Below are positions 20,550 through 31,393 of a stretch of DNA of 64,000 nt, piece by piece. The number at the start of each line of letters is the position of its first letter. The first letter of the stretch is position 1. This DNA comes from Candidatus Borrarchaeum weybense (lineage in GTDB: Archaea > Asgardarchaeota > Sifarchaeia > Borrarchaeales > Borrarchaeaceae): positions 288,799-352,798 of the forward strand of contig JAHQJS010000005.1 in NCBI GenBank assembly GCA_019057385.1, given 5' to 3'. A program made the position numbers and the translations under genes. The notes beneath the pieces were generated by a model that was not told the origin of the DNA, made no database searches, and saw only the letters and a list, made by a program, of their open reading frames with translations.

Positions 20550-21269
20550 ATGAAAATTGATCTTCATGTGCATACACATCTTTCGTCAGATGCCTGGATC
20601 CCTCTAAATAAAGATCTTGTACGCGTATTAAAAAAACGAGGTATTCAAGGTATAGCAATTACGGATCACAATACCTTTAAGGGTGTGGTTAAAGCTAAAA
20701 AACTTCTGGAAAAAGAGGGAATTTTTGTTATTCCAGGTGAAGAAGTTAAAACAACTAAAAAAGGAGAGTTATTGTGCCTTTTTATAAATGAAGAAATATG
20801 TTCCCCAGGATTGAAAAAATATAGGTTTCTTGAAGTGGTGGATAAAGTCAAAGAACAAGATGGCTTAGTTGGATTGAGTCATCCTTTAGATTTTTCACGA
20901 AAGAACTGGATTAGTGAAATGCAGATTGATTGGATTAACAAATATATTGACATAATAGAAGCATATAACGCAAGGTGTAATCTGCATTTAATGAATAAAA
21001 GGGCGTATTCCTTCTGCATCAATCATAATATACCTTTTACTGCAGGAAGCGATGCACATTTTTTGATGGAAATTGGTCGCGGATGTCTTGTGCTTGATGA
21101 ACAAGAAGAAACCATAGAAGCGATACGACGTCAAATTATGTCTGGCAATAGTTGTAAGTTATGGAATAGTAACTCATTACCCTTTGTTAATGTCTCAAGT
21201 ATTTGCCTTCATGCACTTACAGGCATTTCACAAGCTTTTTGGCCAATCGGCCGATATTTTTCAACCTGA
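20550..21269 (+). CDS. PHP-domain phosphoesterase
   Basis: DLHVHT, AITDHN, SHP, AGSDAH. Confidence 0.92.
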   Translation: MKIDLHVHTHLSSDAWIPLNKDLVRVLKKRGIQGIAITDHNTFKGVVKAKKLLEKEGIFVIPGEEVKTTKKGELLCLFINEEICSPGLKKYRFLEVVDKVKEQDGLVGLSHPLDFSRKNWISEMQIDWINKYIDIIEAYNARCNLHLMNKRAYSFCINHNIPFTAGSDAHFLMEIGRGCLVLDEQEETIEAIRRQIMSGNSCKLWNSNSLPFVNVSSICLHALTGISQAFWPIGRYFST

Positions 21270-21290
21270 GGGTATATTGTTAGAGATGGT

Positions 21291-21755
21291 TCATTTGTAT
21301 TTCACTATTTCGATATCAGCTTCTGTGAGTAATTTCAAGGACAATTCATCGGTATAATGATCTCTATAAACAATTTTTTTGATCCCAGCATTAATAAGCA
21401 TCTTGGCACAAATTGAGCATGGGAAATTCGTAACAAATAGTGTAGAGTCCTTAATATTGACCCCATGTCTTGCCGCTTGAATAATAACATTTTGTTCAGC
21501 ATGTACGCCGCGACAGAGTTCGGCTCTTTCGCCAGAAGGAACTTTTAGCTCTTCTCGCAAACATGTTTTACAATGTGGCAACCCTCTTGGTGCACCATTA
21601 TATCCTGTAGCTAGCACTTGACCATCTTTGACGAGCACTGCGCCAACAGCCCGTCGGAGACAGGTACTTCTTTTTCTTACCACATCACATATATCAAGAA
21701 AGGTTTCGTCGGCGGTTGGTCTTTTTTTTGGGTCTCTTTTAGAATTTGTGGTCAA
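21291..21755 (-). CDS. dCMP deaminase (ComEB-like)
   Basis: RSTCLRR.VGAV, GYNG, HAEQN, PCSIC. Confidence 0.93.
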   Translation of the reverse strand: MTTNSKRDPKKRPTADETFLDICDVVRKRSTCLRRAVGAVLVKDGQVLATGYNGAPRGLPHCKTCLREELKVPSGERAELCRGVHAEQNVIIQAARHGVNIKDSTLFVTNFPCSICAKMLINAGIKKIVYRDHYTDELSLKLLTEADIEIVKYK

Positions 21756-21967
21756 TTGATTCTACCCCGTTAAGTCTCTAATCGATGGTTTTATGCATTG
21801 TGTTTTTAGCAATTACTTTGTCGAACTTGAATGTTTTCAATATTTCAGCTTATTGATATTAAAAATCATTTATTTTTGATTCTCTAACGATAATTTCTTT
21901 TCACCAGAGGTCCCAAGTTTCCAAAATCTTAATAGCTTTAAAAAATAAGTGAGGAGATCAGGTTAGT

Positions 21968-23425
21968 TCATTCATTCGAAGATCGATATTGAAGCTCTCC
22001 ACAATCATTACAATATTTTGCATTCTTAGGCAGAAAACGGCCGCAATTAATACAGTGTTTTGATTCGAGAGGGTCACTCGATGAAAATGTGTCTGATTCC
22101 AATTTTTCTCTGTCAAGTTTCTTGCTTTTTGATTCTGACGGCTCATTATCTTCTAAAACTCGCATAGATCTCTCTATTTCATTTCTGATATCAGAATTGA
22201 TGATGTTTCGCATTCTTTCGTCCGGTCCAAACACATTAAACTTAAGGGCAAAGTACTTTGCATTGTCATGGTCGGTTAATGGTCCTAAAATATTAAGCTG
22301 CGCTGCATAAATCTGTCTGTGTATTGTTCCTTCAGTTAGGCCTTTAATTGCGCCGGTAAAAAAGTCTGACACGACTTCAGATTCCTCGTGGACTACATGA
22401 ATATTTAGTAATTCTAATGACTTTTTTATGCGCGAAAACACATCTTCTCCAACCTTGTGCTGTGCAAGAATATAGAGTTCAATATGATGCCCATGTTCAT
22501 TTTTTGTTTTGTATTCCTCAAAAAACTCCAAAGACTTGTCTAATTTTCTGAGAAACTTATATGCGGAATGAACGCGATATGAATCATTTGAGATCGTTTG
22601 AATTACATTTTTTGGATCAAGAAAAGAGATAGTTGAAAAGAAAGAGCCATCTAAAAAGTCTTGTGTGCTTTTAAACATGAATTCATAATCGGAAATAGTT
22701 TTTGAAAACACTTGCGTTCTTTGTTGCATTAATGGTTGCTCAGGTTGTAAGCTAGGTGGATGACTAATTATGACAACAACTACTTCGGAAATATCTGATG
22801 AAAAATCATTGCATAAAGAAAGTCGATAGTGTACTTTATTTTTAAGCACAGTAATTCTTTGGCTAATTGAGATCTCATCAGTAATGTTTTTTGGTTCATA
22901 TTTGTCAGGAATAGCTTTTTTCATTAAGGTTGGATCTTTCACTTTTTTAGTTCTGGTTGGAGCGACGCGAGGTTTTCCAGCAACAATATTTTGTTGAATC
23001 TTTTCGACTGCAATTCTTACGTCGATTAAAGGATCTTCTAATGCCTTTGCTAAGGTTGGCGTCAGAACCTTTACATGGTTCGAATATTCTCTGGATATCT
23101 CAACTAATGTATTTGCTGCATAACGGCGAACGTTTGCGTCATTGTCTAACAATGCATTTCCGATCTCGTCCAGTAGTGGTAATAGAGCGTAGGAATCCTT
23201 GATAGAAAGAGTATATAATGTCCAAGCAATAAGCCCTCGAACACCAGGCGCGGGGTCAGATAAGTAACCGCCGAGATCATCGATTCGACCGCTAAGGGCG
23301 TCAGGTTCGCTTATGCTAATATTCCAAATGGTAGACGCTGCCTCTATTCGTTCTTCGGTGTTCTTGCTATTTTCCAGTTCATCAAAAGCAGTTCTAAGGA
23401 TTTCATGAAGTTGATTTCCCTTCAC
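21968..23425 (-). CDS. HEAT-repeat protein with a central beta-rich/platform-like region and C-terminal zinc ribbon
   Basis: L.D....VR HEAT repeats; CINCG...AKYCNDCG. Confidence 0.8.
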   Translation of the reverse strand: MKGNQLHEILRTAFDELENSKNTEERIEAASTIWNISISEPDALSGRIDDLGGYLSDPAPGVRGLIAWTLYTLSIKDSYALLPLLDEIGNALLDNDANVRRYAANTLVEISREYSNHVKVLTPTLAKALEDPLIDVRIAVEKIQQNIVAGKPRVAPTRTKKVKDPTLMKKAIPDKYEPKNITDEISISQRITVLKNKVHYRLSLCNDFSSDISEVVVVIISHPPSLQPEQPLMQQRTQVFSKTISDYEFMFKSTQDFLDGSFFSTISFLDPKNVIQTISNDSYRVHSAYKFLRKLDKSLEFFEEYKTKNEHGHHIELYILAQHKVGEDVFSRIKKSLELLNIHVVHEESEVVSDFFTGAIKGLTEGTIHRQIYAAQLNILGPLTDHDNAKYFALKFNVFGPDERMRNIINSDIRNEIERSMRVLEDNEPSESKSKKLDREKLESDTFSSSDPLESKHCINCGRFLPKNAKYCNDCGELQYRSSNE

Positions 23426-23512
23426 CAGCAGCCTCTCTTCACAAGTAGTTCTTGATTTTATTGCTAGCTATATACTATGAAACTTCACATATTTTATGAT
23501 TTTCATAGTGTT

Positions 23513-25309
23513 TTAACTATTCTTCATTCCTGAAACATAATAGTATTCGCCTTCCTCTTTCTGAAGACGATCCAGTTTTGAGCCTTCTTTATTTACACGA
23601 GGCCTTCCTGTTTGTGGATCACGTCTAAAAGTTATCCCCATCAATTTTAAAAATTTATTCATCCCTGAACGTAAATCAACTGGCTTCATTGCGTATCCTT
23701 CAACAGCTGGTTGACCAGAGAAAATCATGAGACGATCTGATATAAAATCAATGGTTACGATGTCGTGCTCAACAACAAATGCCACAACATCTCTGCTCTC
23801 AGCTATTTTCTTAATGGCACGCGCTGCTGCTAGTCTTTGCTCTACATCAAGAAATGCACTTGGTTCGTCTAAAAGGTAAATATCAGCTGGACGTGCTAAA
23901 CACAAAGCTATCGCAACACGCTGTAGTTCTCCACCACTTAAACTATCTATAGAACAGTCAAGCAATGGGTCGATTGTTAATGGTCTGTTCACTTCTGATT
24001 TGAACCATTCTGTATTGATAACTTTGCCTATTTCTTCGCGAAACAGTTCTTTAACGCTACCATCAAACTTAGGAGAGATATATTGAGGTTTATGACTCAC
24101 TTTTAAATCTTCAGATGGCACTTCGCCTTTATCTGGTTCTTCTATTCCAGCTAATAATTTAATGAAAGTGCTCTTTCCAAGTGCGTTGGCGCCAAGAATT
24201 CCTATTACTTCTCCGATAAATACTTTTCCTCCCTCTGTGGTGAGTTTAAATCCATCATAACGTTTCTCCATCTCTTCAAAATCGAAAAGTGCCTTACCGA
24301 CAGGTTTGGATCTTGGTGGTCTCAAATGAAATTGAATTGCATCCTTCCTAAATCTCATATTCTCAGATGGAAGATAGCCATCAAGAAATATATTGATACC
24401 TTCACGTACTCCATGCGGATGACTGACTACACCAAAGACAGCAGGTTCACCGTATAGCACGCAAACATATTCAGAGAGATAATCTAAAATTGCCAAGTCG
24501 TGTTCGACCACAATAACTGTTTTTCCTTCTTTTGCTAGTCTTTGAATGACTTTGGCAACTTCTACACGCTGGTAAATATCCAGATAAGATGAGGGTTCAT
24601 CAAACAAATAGACATCTGCATCTTTCAAAATCACCGCCGCGATAGCAACTCTTTGGAGTTCCCCGCCAGAGATCACACTAAGTTCTCTGTCCATTATCTT
24701 ATCTATCCGCAAGTCTTCAATAATGCTTTTTAACATATTTCGTTCGTTTACTTTTTCAAGCAGTTCAGATACGACCCCTTTTGTTACATTGGGTATTTTG
24801 TCCACGTATTGAGGTTTTTGAACAACACGTATAGACTCTGTTGAAAGTTTCTCAAAATAAGATTGTAACTCAGAGCCTCTGTAAGCAGTAATTATCTCAT
24901 CCCATTCAGGTGGTTCATCATAGAGGCCGAAATTTGGTTTGAAATCTCCTGAAAGGATTTTTAATGCAGTTGATTTACCAGTACCATTCTGCCCGATAAG
25001 TCCAGTCACTTTCTCTGGTCTCGGAATCGGTAAGCGGTATAATACAAATCTATTAGCTCCATAACGATATGAAACATCCTTTTCCAGTTCTGCAGGTAAA
25101 TTCACGACGTGTATTGCCCCAAATGGGCATTTCTTTACACAGATTCCAGTGCCAGTGCATAGATTCTCTGCGATTCTAGCTTTACCGGTTTCTGGATCAA
25201 GTGTAATCGTTTCTTCGCCCATGCGGACTCCTGGGCAATATTTTATGCACACGAGTCCACAATCTTTTGGTTTACATCGATCAGGTTCTACAATTGCGAT
25301 TCTTGGCAT
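23513..25309 (-). CDS. rli1: Ribosome recycling ATPase ABCE1/RLI
   Basis: N-terminal Fe-S domain, two ABC domains with SGGELQR, TFRRD...GRPRVNK. Confidence 0.98.
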   Translation of the reverse strand: MPRIAIVEPDRCKPKDCGLVCIKYCPGVRMGEETITLDPETGKARIAENLCTGTGICVKKCPFGAIHVVNLPAELEKDVSYRYGANRFVLYRLPIPRPEKVTGLIGQNGTGKSTALKILSGDFKPNFGLYDEPPEWDEIITAYRGSELQSYFEKLSTESIRVVQKPQYVDKIPNVTKGVVSELLEKVNERNMLKSIIEDLRIDKIMDRELSVISGGELQRVAIAAVILKDADVYLFDEPSSYLDIYQRVEVAKVIQRLAKEGKTVIVVEHDLAILDYLSEYVCVLYGEPAVFGVVSHPHGVREGINIFLDGYLPSENMRFRKDAIQFHLRPPRSKPVGKALFDFEEMEKRYDGFKLTTEGGKVFIGEVIGILGANALGKSTFIKLLAGIEEPDKGEVPSEDLKVSHKPQYISPKFDGSVKELFREEIGKVINTEWFKSEVNRPLTIDPLLDCSIDSLSGGELQRVAIALCLARPADIYLLDEPSAFLDVEQRLAAARAIKKIAESRDVVAFVVEHDIVTIDFISDRLMIFSGQPAVEGYAMKPVDLRSGMNKFLKLMGITFRRDPQTGRPRVNKEGSKLDRLQKEEGEYYYVSGMKNS

Positions 25310-25333
25310 TTAAGTCACTTGTAACGTGATTTG

Positions 25334-26611
25334 TTAGAGATAAAAACGAATATGTTCTGGCAAGGCGAGTTCGGTTTCTTCTAATCTTCTTTTCACTTCA
25401 TTCTCAATGATTGATGGAGTCAAAGTGCGAATTTGTTCGGGGCTGAAAGCACCAATATCAGTGATTATCAGATCGATGAGATTTGCTGGAGTTATGTCAA
25501 ATGCGGGATTATATAGCACAAATTTTCCTTTTTCAGGCTTAGACACTATTGTTTCGCTAGGTGGCCACTCGTCCAAAGCGTTTTGGGATAGTATTCCCTT
25601 TCGTTTCTTCTCCTGAGCGTCAAGCTTGTAGGGTTCAGACATTTCGTCAATAGAGCGTTCTTCTATTGTTATATCACTTCCCGGTGTTTCTAGGTCAATA
25701 GTGCTGTACGAAGTGGCATAATAAAAGTGTACGTCATCATAAAATCGTGCAATACGTGCAATATCAGAAGAACCTATCTTATTTGCAACACCACCATCAC
25801 TACCGACTCTATCAACTCCTAAAATTATTTTATTGACCTTAAAGCGCTTAAACGCTTGTGTTATCATATTATCTGTAATAATAACTACAGGCACGCCTGC
25901 TCTATTCAATTCCCATGTCGTAAGACGATATCCCTGACTTCGGGGTCGAGTTTCTTTGGAGACTACTGTAAGATCAACACCCTTCGTATATGCTTCTTCT
26001 AACATGCCTAATGCATGACCCCCATATGTGGAACTTAGTGATCCTCCATTACAATGAGTCATTATAACATCGCCATCTTCAAGGTACTTCATTCCTTCTT
26101 CTCTGAGGTAATTGCCTAAGATCAGATCAGAAGCAAGGATATAATCTGCAGTTTCTTTAACTGCATTGACAACCGAATTAACATCAGCAGTTATATCAAA
26201 CGCTTTAATCGCAGCGTGCATTGTAAGATCAACAGCCCAGAAAAGAGGGGCTGCTGTAGGTCTGCTACTTTTCACAAATTTCGCAGCTTCCTCCATATTC
26301 TTGATCATTTCGCGTCCTGTCGATTGAAATTGCTTTGCTGCTAAAACCATACAATATGCGGCACATACACCTAGGGCCTGACTACCTCGAATACGCATTT
26401 CTTTGATCCCTTGAATAGCGCCTACCTTGTAATCAGTTGTTGACCAATGTGTCATCTCATATGGGAGTTTTAACTGATCTAAAAGGACCATTTCATCCTT
26501 CTCTTCGTTCCAATATACAGTTAGTGGGATTTTTGTATGTTTGTGGACATATAACTCATCTTCAAATGCAAAATTCATTTTAAATAATAGTTGTGTAATA
26601 TTGACTGTCAT
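25334..26611 (-). CDS. mtnA: Methylthioribose-1-phosphate isomerase / eIF2B-alpha-like protein
   Basis: LLDQ.KLP, MRIRG, SRPTA, THCN, ETRP..QG.RLT.WEL, ANKIG, NPAFDITP. Confidence 0.8.
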   Translation of the reverse strand: MTVNITQLLFKMNFAFEDELYVHKHTKIPLTVYWNEEKDEMVLLDQLKLPYEMTHWSTTDYKVGAIQGIKEMRIRGSQALGVCAAYCMVLAAKQFQSTGREMIKNMEEAAKFVKSSRPTAAPLFWAVDLTMHAAIKAFDITADVNSVVNAVKETADYILASDLILGNYLREEGMKYLEDGDVIMTHCNGGSLSSTYGGHALGMLEEAYTKGVDLTVVSKETRPRSQGYRLTTWELNRAGVPVVIITDNMITQAFKRFKVNKIILGVDRVGSDGGVANKIGSSDIARIARFYDDVHFYYATSYSTIDLETPGSDITIEERSIDEMSEPYKLDAQEKKRKGILSQNALDEWPPSETIVSKPEKGKFVLYNPAFDITPANLIDLIITDIGAFSPEQIRTLTPSIIENEVKRRLEETELALPEHIRFYL

Positions 26612-26716
26612 CTTTGGTTTCCCTCATCCACCAATTTTAAGAGAGTGTAGTTTTTAATCAATCGATTAACTTAAAAAGTTCCCTATTAAACAAGACAATG
26701 GAGAGTCAATATTAAA

Positions 26717-27490
26717 ATGCTTCACGCAATCTTCCTTTTAGATGCTAAGAGCGGCATTGAATACTTAAGCAAACAATTCTATGAAGATAAGTCCGAAAAT
26801 GAGACGGTTATTGATCCAACTTTAATTGCTGGTTTTCTCAATGCCATATTTAGTTTCTCAAGAGAAGCAAGAATAGGAAGACTATCAGAAGTCCAAGCAG
26901 AAGACTTGACTTTTGTGTATAGGGTTGACCAAGACGGACAGGTCCTCATTGTAGCATTAGTTGATTCTGAAACCGACAAAAATTTGTTAGAGGATATTTT
27001 ATCTAGTATTTCTACTCATTTTCGCGAACAATATCCAACAGTCGGTGCACAGTGGGCTTATGATTCTGTGTTTTTTGAGGATTTCGAAGTTGTTCTTGAT
27101 CAGATTTTTTACAAAGAGGTTACCGAATTTCTTTTAGAAGACTATCCTGATAAATTGGTTGCGCGAGTCCTTAAACTGTATCCTCTCTATTCTCTCAATA
27201 CTATTGAAGTACTTGGCGTGAACGCAGGTGCGTCTATTCGGGAAAAGGAAGGAAAAACAGACTTAAATAAGGAGCTTTCACAGTTTTCTGTTTCTGAAGT
27301 AAGCAAGGAAAAAGACAAAGTAGATCTAATTATGTGTCCTTTTTGCAGAGGAAAAAAACGCAGAAAACCGATGTGTAACTTTGTTACGGGATTCATCAAA
27401 GGATTTCTAGATTTGCCAGAAAATGCCGTTAAAGAGACTCATTGTTTTGCATGTGGGGATAATGTTTGCTCCTTTAAGGTTACTATTTAA
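26717..27490 (+). CDS. Longin-like N-terminal domain fused to a V4R domain
   Basis: IFLL...SG...DP.LIAGFL.AI.SF longin pattern; CPFC...MC.FVTGFI...ETHC...G...C.F V4R. Confidence 0.75.
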   Translation: MLHAIFLLDAKSGIEYLSKQFYEDKSENETVIDPTLIAGFLNAIFSFSREARIGRLSEVQAEDLTFVYRVDQDGQVLIVALVDSETDKNLLEDILSSISTHFREQYPTVGAQWAYDSVFFEDFEVVLDQIFYKEVTEFLLEDYPDKLVARVLKLYPLYSLNTIEVLGVNAGASIREKEGKTDLNKELSQFSVSEVSKEKDKVDLIMCPFCRGKKRRKPMCNFVTGFIKGFLDLPENAVKETHCFACGDNVCSFKVTI

Positions 27491-27647
27491 TAAGTAATAA
27501 AATATCTTTAATAAGGTTTAAATTAGTTTCAAACCGATTTCTTTTGTCTACAACTGCTTTAAATTCTGTAAAGCGTTTTATATTCAAATTTCGTTATCAT
27601 ATAAATTTTAATTAACATAAAATCATTAATTTCATTTTAATATTATT

Positions 27648-28217
27648 TTAGAGGTATCTTCTGCAGGCAGCATTAATTAATTCTGTTCTCTTGGGTCCTA
27701 AACCTCTTATTTTGTCAATTGGCAATGTTCCATTGTCATAAAGTCGACAGTAGTCTTGAGCAGTCGCAATTGAGTTATTTACTAATCCTTCCAAAACTGA
27801 ATAGGGCACTCGTCCGAGATCTCCTAGAACAAGTTCAATAGGAATCGCTTTTTCCTCTATTTTCTCCTCTAATTCTTTGATCTTGATAGTTTCCTTTCCG
27901 TTGTCTATCAATTTCTTAGCCAATCGAGAATAACTCTCATAGTGCTCAATTTTTATAGACTTATTTAGGAATACTGCCAATAAATCTAAGCCTTTTGAAA
28001 ACGCTAATACATCGAAATCTTCGAAAAGTAAAGCCATCGGTTTTTGGTTTCCTCCCATGAAGTTCATATAAAAGTTAACAGCGAAGTCCTCAAAATTAAG
28101 TGAGGATCCATTCCCATTGTCCCGTTGCTTTTGCCATTCAACCACAGGGCCGCGATCATAATCGAATCGGATCTTAAATATTGCAAGGATGTCGTTCATT
28201 TCATTCCACCTTAACAA
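27648..28217 (-). CDS. Hypothetical protein (uDENN/longin-like N-terminus, helix-hairpin-helix C-terminus)
   Basis: FDYDRGPVV; IRGLGPK HhH motif; overlaps the GTPase stop codon. Confidence 0.55.
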   Translation of the reverse strand: MLRWNEMNDILAIFKIRFDYDRGPVVEWQKQRDNGNGSSLNFEDFAVNFYMNFMGGNQKPMALLFEDFDVLAFSKGLDLLAVFLNKSIKIEHYESYSRLAKKLIDNGKETIKIKELEEKIEEKAIPIELVLGDLGRVPYSVLEGLVNNSIATAQDYCRLYDNGTLPIDKIRGLGPKRTELINAACRRYL

Positions 28218-28749
28218 CTTGTTCGATATTTGTTTTCAATATTTCTATGACATTCTCTCTTTGCAGCGGATCAATCGCTACTACTGGATAAGTGTCACAA
28301 CGCAACACGTTTGCTACTCTTTCAGCTGTCATAACTCCAGGTAAATCCTGTTTATTTGCCAGAGCGATTATTCTCATCTTGTCCCCGCCATTGTCGTCCC
28401 TTTTATTTAGCCAATCAATGATCATTTTTGTTTTTAAAACTCCTGTAGGCGTAGAATCCGTTACAACTATACATAATCTAGTATTTAGAAGATAAGAATT
28501 ATACATTGGCCAGAAGTTTTTCTGTCCTCCGAAATCCCAAAGATTAAGCTCATGCTCCCCGAGCATGCTTTTAATCATTTTCTGTCCGAAATTAAGTCCT
28601 ATAGTCGGCCTATATTCTAACTGAGGTGCCTTTCCTAATAAAAGATTGATCATGGATGTTTTACCCACTTTAGGATAACCGATAAAGGCCACTTTCATTT
28701 GCGACGTAGTCTGAGTTATTTGAGAGAAAATTGATACCCCCTTTAGCAA
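28201..28749 (-). CDS. Ras-superfamily small GTPase (Arf/Rab-like)
   Basis: G1 GYPKVGKT, G2 PTIG, G3 WDFGGQ, G4 NKQD. Confidence 0.92.
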   Translation of the reverse strand: MLKGVSIFSQITQTTSQMKVAFIGYPKVGKTSMINLLLGKAPQLEYRPTIGLNFGQKMIKSMLGEHELNLWDFGGQKNFWPMYNSYLLNTRLCIVVTDSTPTGVLKTKMIIDWLNKRDDNGGDKMRIIALANKQDLPGVMTAERVANVLRCDTYPVVAIDPLQRENVIEILKTNIEQVVKVE

Positions 28750-28867
28750 AGTAAAAAGAGAATTACGATGTTTTTAAAGACGCGTATTATCTACATATTG
28801 TCGAAATATCGCCGACAAAAAACCTTTTTGCTAAGATACATTATAAAAAAGTGAATAAAAGGTGTAT

Positions 28868-30061
28868 TCACAAATTTTTTTCTAGTTTTTCTATGAAATC
28901 AGTTGGTACTTTAGGAAATAGTTTTGGTAACCGTTCTAACAATTGCTCTTTGTTAAGCATACCCTCTTGGACGCCAGATACTTCCCATATACTAGACATT
29001 ACTGTCATACCTGCATAGATTGACTCCACTAAATCAAATCCTCTTTGATACAGTGAAAGAAATCCTGCAGCAATTCCATCACAGCAACCAATCGAATTTC
29101 CTGATTTATTCAATTTGATTGGTCCAATCCTAATAGAATCTGCATTCCTTTGAAGAATTTGCGCCGTTCCAGTAATTTTATCTTCAACAATAATCACACG
29201 TGGCTTGTTGGTACCGGTAACATCAAATATCTGTTCAGGTACTTTGATTTTATATGCATCCAGAATTTGTTTGATCTCAGAGGGGTTGCCAAATACAATT
29301 TCTGTTAGAGGAACAATGGTCTTAAGATAATTTGGTGTTACACCATACGATCCCACGTCGATTACTACTTCTTTACCGAGATAAGCGGCTTCCTTTGCAC
29401 AACCTGTCATAAATGCTTCTTCTGCAGAAGTGATAAAAACAATATCTGTTTTCTTATCTAGAATACCTATTGGAATTGGCCTTCCCTCTTCTACTGGTGA
29501 TGCGCCATTAATGTCATCAATGAAGAACCAGTCTATCCCTTTTGCATCTTTGTTACATACGATTGTCATCGTTTCTTTGTCTTTAACAACTAGGGTGTCT
29601 GCATTAAGGATTTCTGGCGAATAATTCGAATTAAGATGTTCTCGTACCTTATCCCATTTCCCCCATAGTTTCTGGGGAACTTCAACTTCTAAGAGCTTCA
29701 TATCCACACCTGTCTTTTTCAGATGATCGTAATAGGGTCCTCCAAAAAAGCCAGGGTACTGTTTATTGTAATCTTCGCCAAAAGTTGTGAGGAGGCGTAC
29801 ATCTCCTCCTAATAGGGCAAGTTGGTACGCGATGTGCCCACAACGACCTCCGTAGTTATAAGTGATGGGTTCTATCACTTTGGAGCGCAAATACTCTAAA
29901 GCCTTCTCTACATTCCATTCTTCGCCGTAAAACTCTGGTATAAGCGAGTAGGGAATAGATTTCTTCAAATACTTCTGAAATGAGGCAGGAAGCGTTCTTG
30001 TAGATTCTATTTTTATCTGTTCGTCTTTTCCAATTGTTCCTACTACAGCTATTGTTTTCAT
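28868..30061 (-). CDS. PfkB/ribokinase-family kinase (nucleoside kinase-like)
   Basis: YGG..G.IAY.LA.LG; C-terminal NSIGCCD..AGF. Confidence 0.75.
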   Translation of the reverse strand: MKTIAVVGTIGKDEQIKIESTRTLPASFQKYLKKSIPYSLIPEFYGEEWNVEKALEYLRSKVIEPITYNYGGRCGHIAYQLALLGGDVRLLTTFGEDYNKQYPGFFGGPYYDHLKKTGVDMKLLEVEVPQKLWGKWDKVREHLNSNYSPEILNADTLVVKDKETMTIVCNKDAKGIDWFFIDDINGASPVEEGRPIPIGILDKKTDIVFITSAEEAFMTGCAKEAAYLGKEVVIDVGSYGVTPNYLKTIVPLTEIVFGNPSEIKQILDAYKIKVPEQIFDVTGTNKPRVIIVEDKITGTAQILQRNADSIRIGPIKLNKSGNSIGCCDGIAAGFLSLYQRGFDLVESIYAGMTVMSSIWEVSGVQEGMLNKEQLLERLPKLFPKVPTDFIEKLEKNL

Positions 30062-30315
30062 TTACTCCAGCTCTCCTTGATAACACGTTTTATTTAAGAA
30101 ATGAAGGCATATGGCATTTAGTATAAAATAATGATAAATTCACAGATTCTCACAGTTCCTTTAAATATCTTACACAAATTTTCTTTCTAAACTCCACCTA
30201 ATTCAACTTAGTTTTATGTCAAATAAGCTAACCAAGAATAAATCTCCTATTAACTGATGTTTTTTTCCAAAAAATTTATGTGTAAGGATTACGGGCCCCT
30301 CATAAAGAAAAAGAT

Positions 30316-31041
30316 GTGGTGTATATGCCTTTTTGTAGTCAATGTGGGACTTCTATTGAACCTACTGCGAAATTTTGTGCTAATTGTGGTACACCTGTAG
30401 TCTCTGGATCGCCAGTAGCACCGCCTCCAATCCCATCAACTGCTCCTACTATGACACACAATGGATTATTTGACCCAATGCGAACTGGTTACGTAATCAA
30501 TGAAAACAGTTGGGACATGGGAGCTGGAGACATCTTGGATGAACAAGGGCAAAAGATAGGGTATATGGATCGAAAAATACTTAGTTTGAGAGCAGAGATT
30601 AAATTGACAGAAGCTGATGGCACAGTTGCAGCCACAATTCATAGGAAAATAGTTGCTGTTAAACCGACATACTTCATTAAGGATTCTAATGATCAACTAG
30701 TTGGCAAGATAGAAAAAGCGCTCCTTAGTCTCCGTCCAAAATTGGAAGTTAAAGACGGCAATGGAAATAAACTACTAGAGATAAAAGGTAATTTTAAGGC
30801 GTGGGACTTCATAATTAAGGATATGAATGGACATGAAATTGGAACCGTGAAAAAACTTGATCGATGGAAGGATGAATTGTTTGGAGGCGGAATGTTCGAT
30901 CGAAGCGATAAATACGCTCTTAAAATTAACGGAGATATAGATAGGCGGCTAGTTGTCGGAGCTGTTATAGCAATAGACAATATGTTCCACGACGATACCG
31001 ATCACGACGACGACTATGACGACCGATTTGACCGGTTTTAA
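30316..31041 (+). CDS. Zinc-ribbon + LURP-one/scramblase (tubby-C-like) protein, copy 1
   Basis: FCSQCG...FCANCG, Pro-rich linker, LEIKGNF.AWDF.I, D.YAL.I, AID. Confidence 0.8.
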   Translation: MVYMPFCSQCGTSIEPTAKFCANCGTPVVSGSPVAPPPIPSTAPTMTHNGLFDPMRTGYVINENSWDMGAGDILDEQGQKIGYMDRKILSLRAEIKLTEADGTVAATIHRKIVAVKPTYFIKDSNDQLVGKIEKALLSLRPKLEVKDGNGNKLLEIKGNFKAWDFIIKDMNGHEIGTVKKLDRWKDELFGGGMFDRSDKYALKINGDIDRRLVVGAVIAIDNMFHDDTDHDDDYDDRFDRF

Positions 31042-31104
31042 TAACTCCTTCTTTTTTTTGAGTTTTCTTTCTCAAAAAATCAATTAATTTACTATGAATA
31101 CGCC

Positions 31105-31139
31105 AGAAAGCACCACCGCTTGAGCGTGAGGTAGTTTAC
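31105..31139 (+). mobile_element. Isolated IS200/IS605 right-end-like hairpin remnant
   Basis: AAGCACCACCGCTTGAGCGTGAGGTAGTTTAC resembles the end seen at 20341-20372. Confidence 0.45.
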
Positions 31140-31393
31140 GCATAAGCCTACATAATTTAACTAATTTTGATTCAAATTGGTTTGTGGTAACTCTGGATTA
31201 TAATTGAAAAGATTTATTAATTTGTTTAACGTTATTAATATGAACTTTCAGAGTAAATTTCGCTGTTTTACTCTTCTCTCTCTAAAGAAACGCCTTTATT
31301 ATTTCTAAATAAACTCTCAAAGATCATTTCCTAACATTAAAAACCTTACATTTCCTGGAGAGGAAAGACAAACACTCGTATGGATGTGATGAG

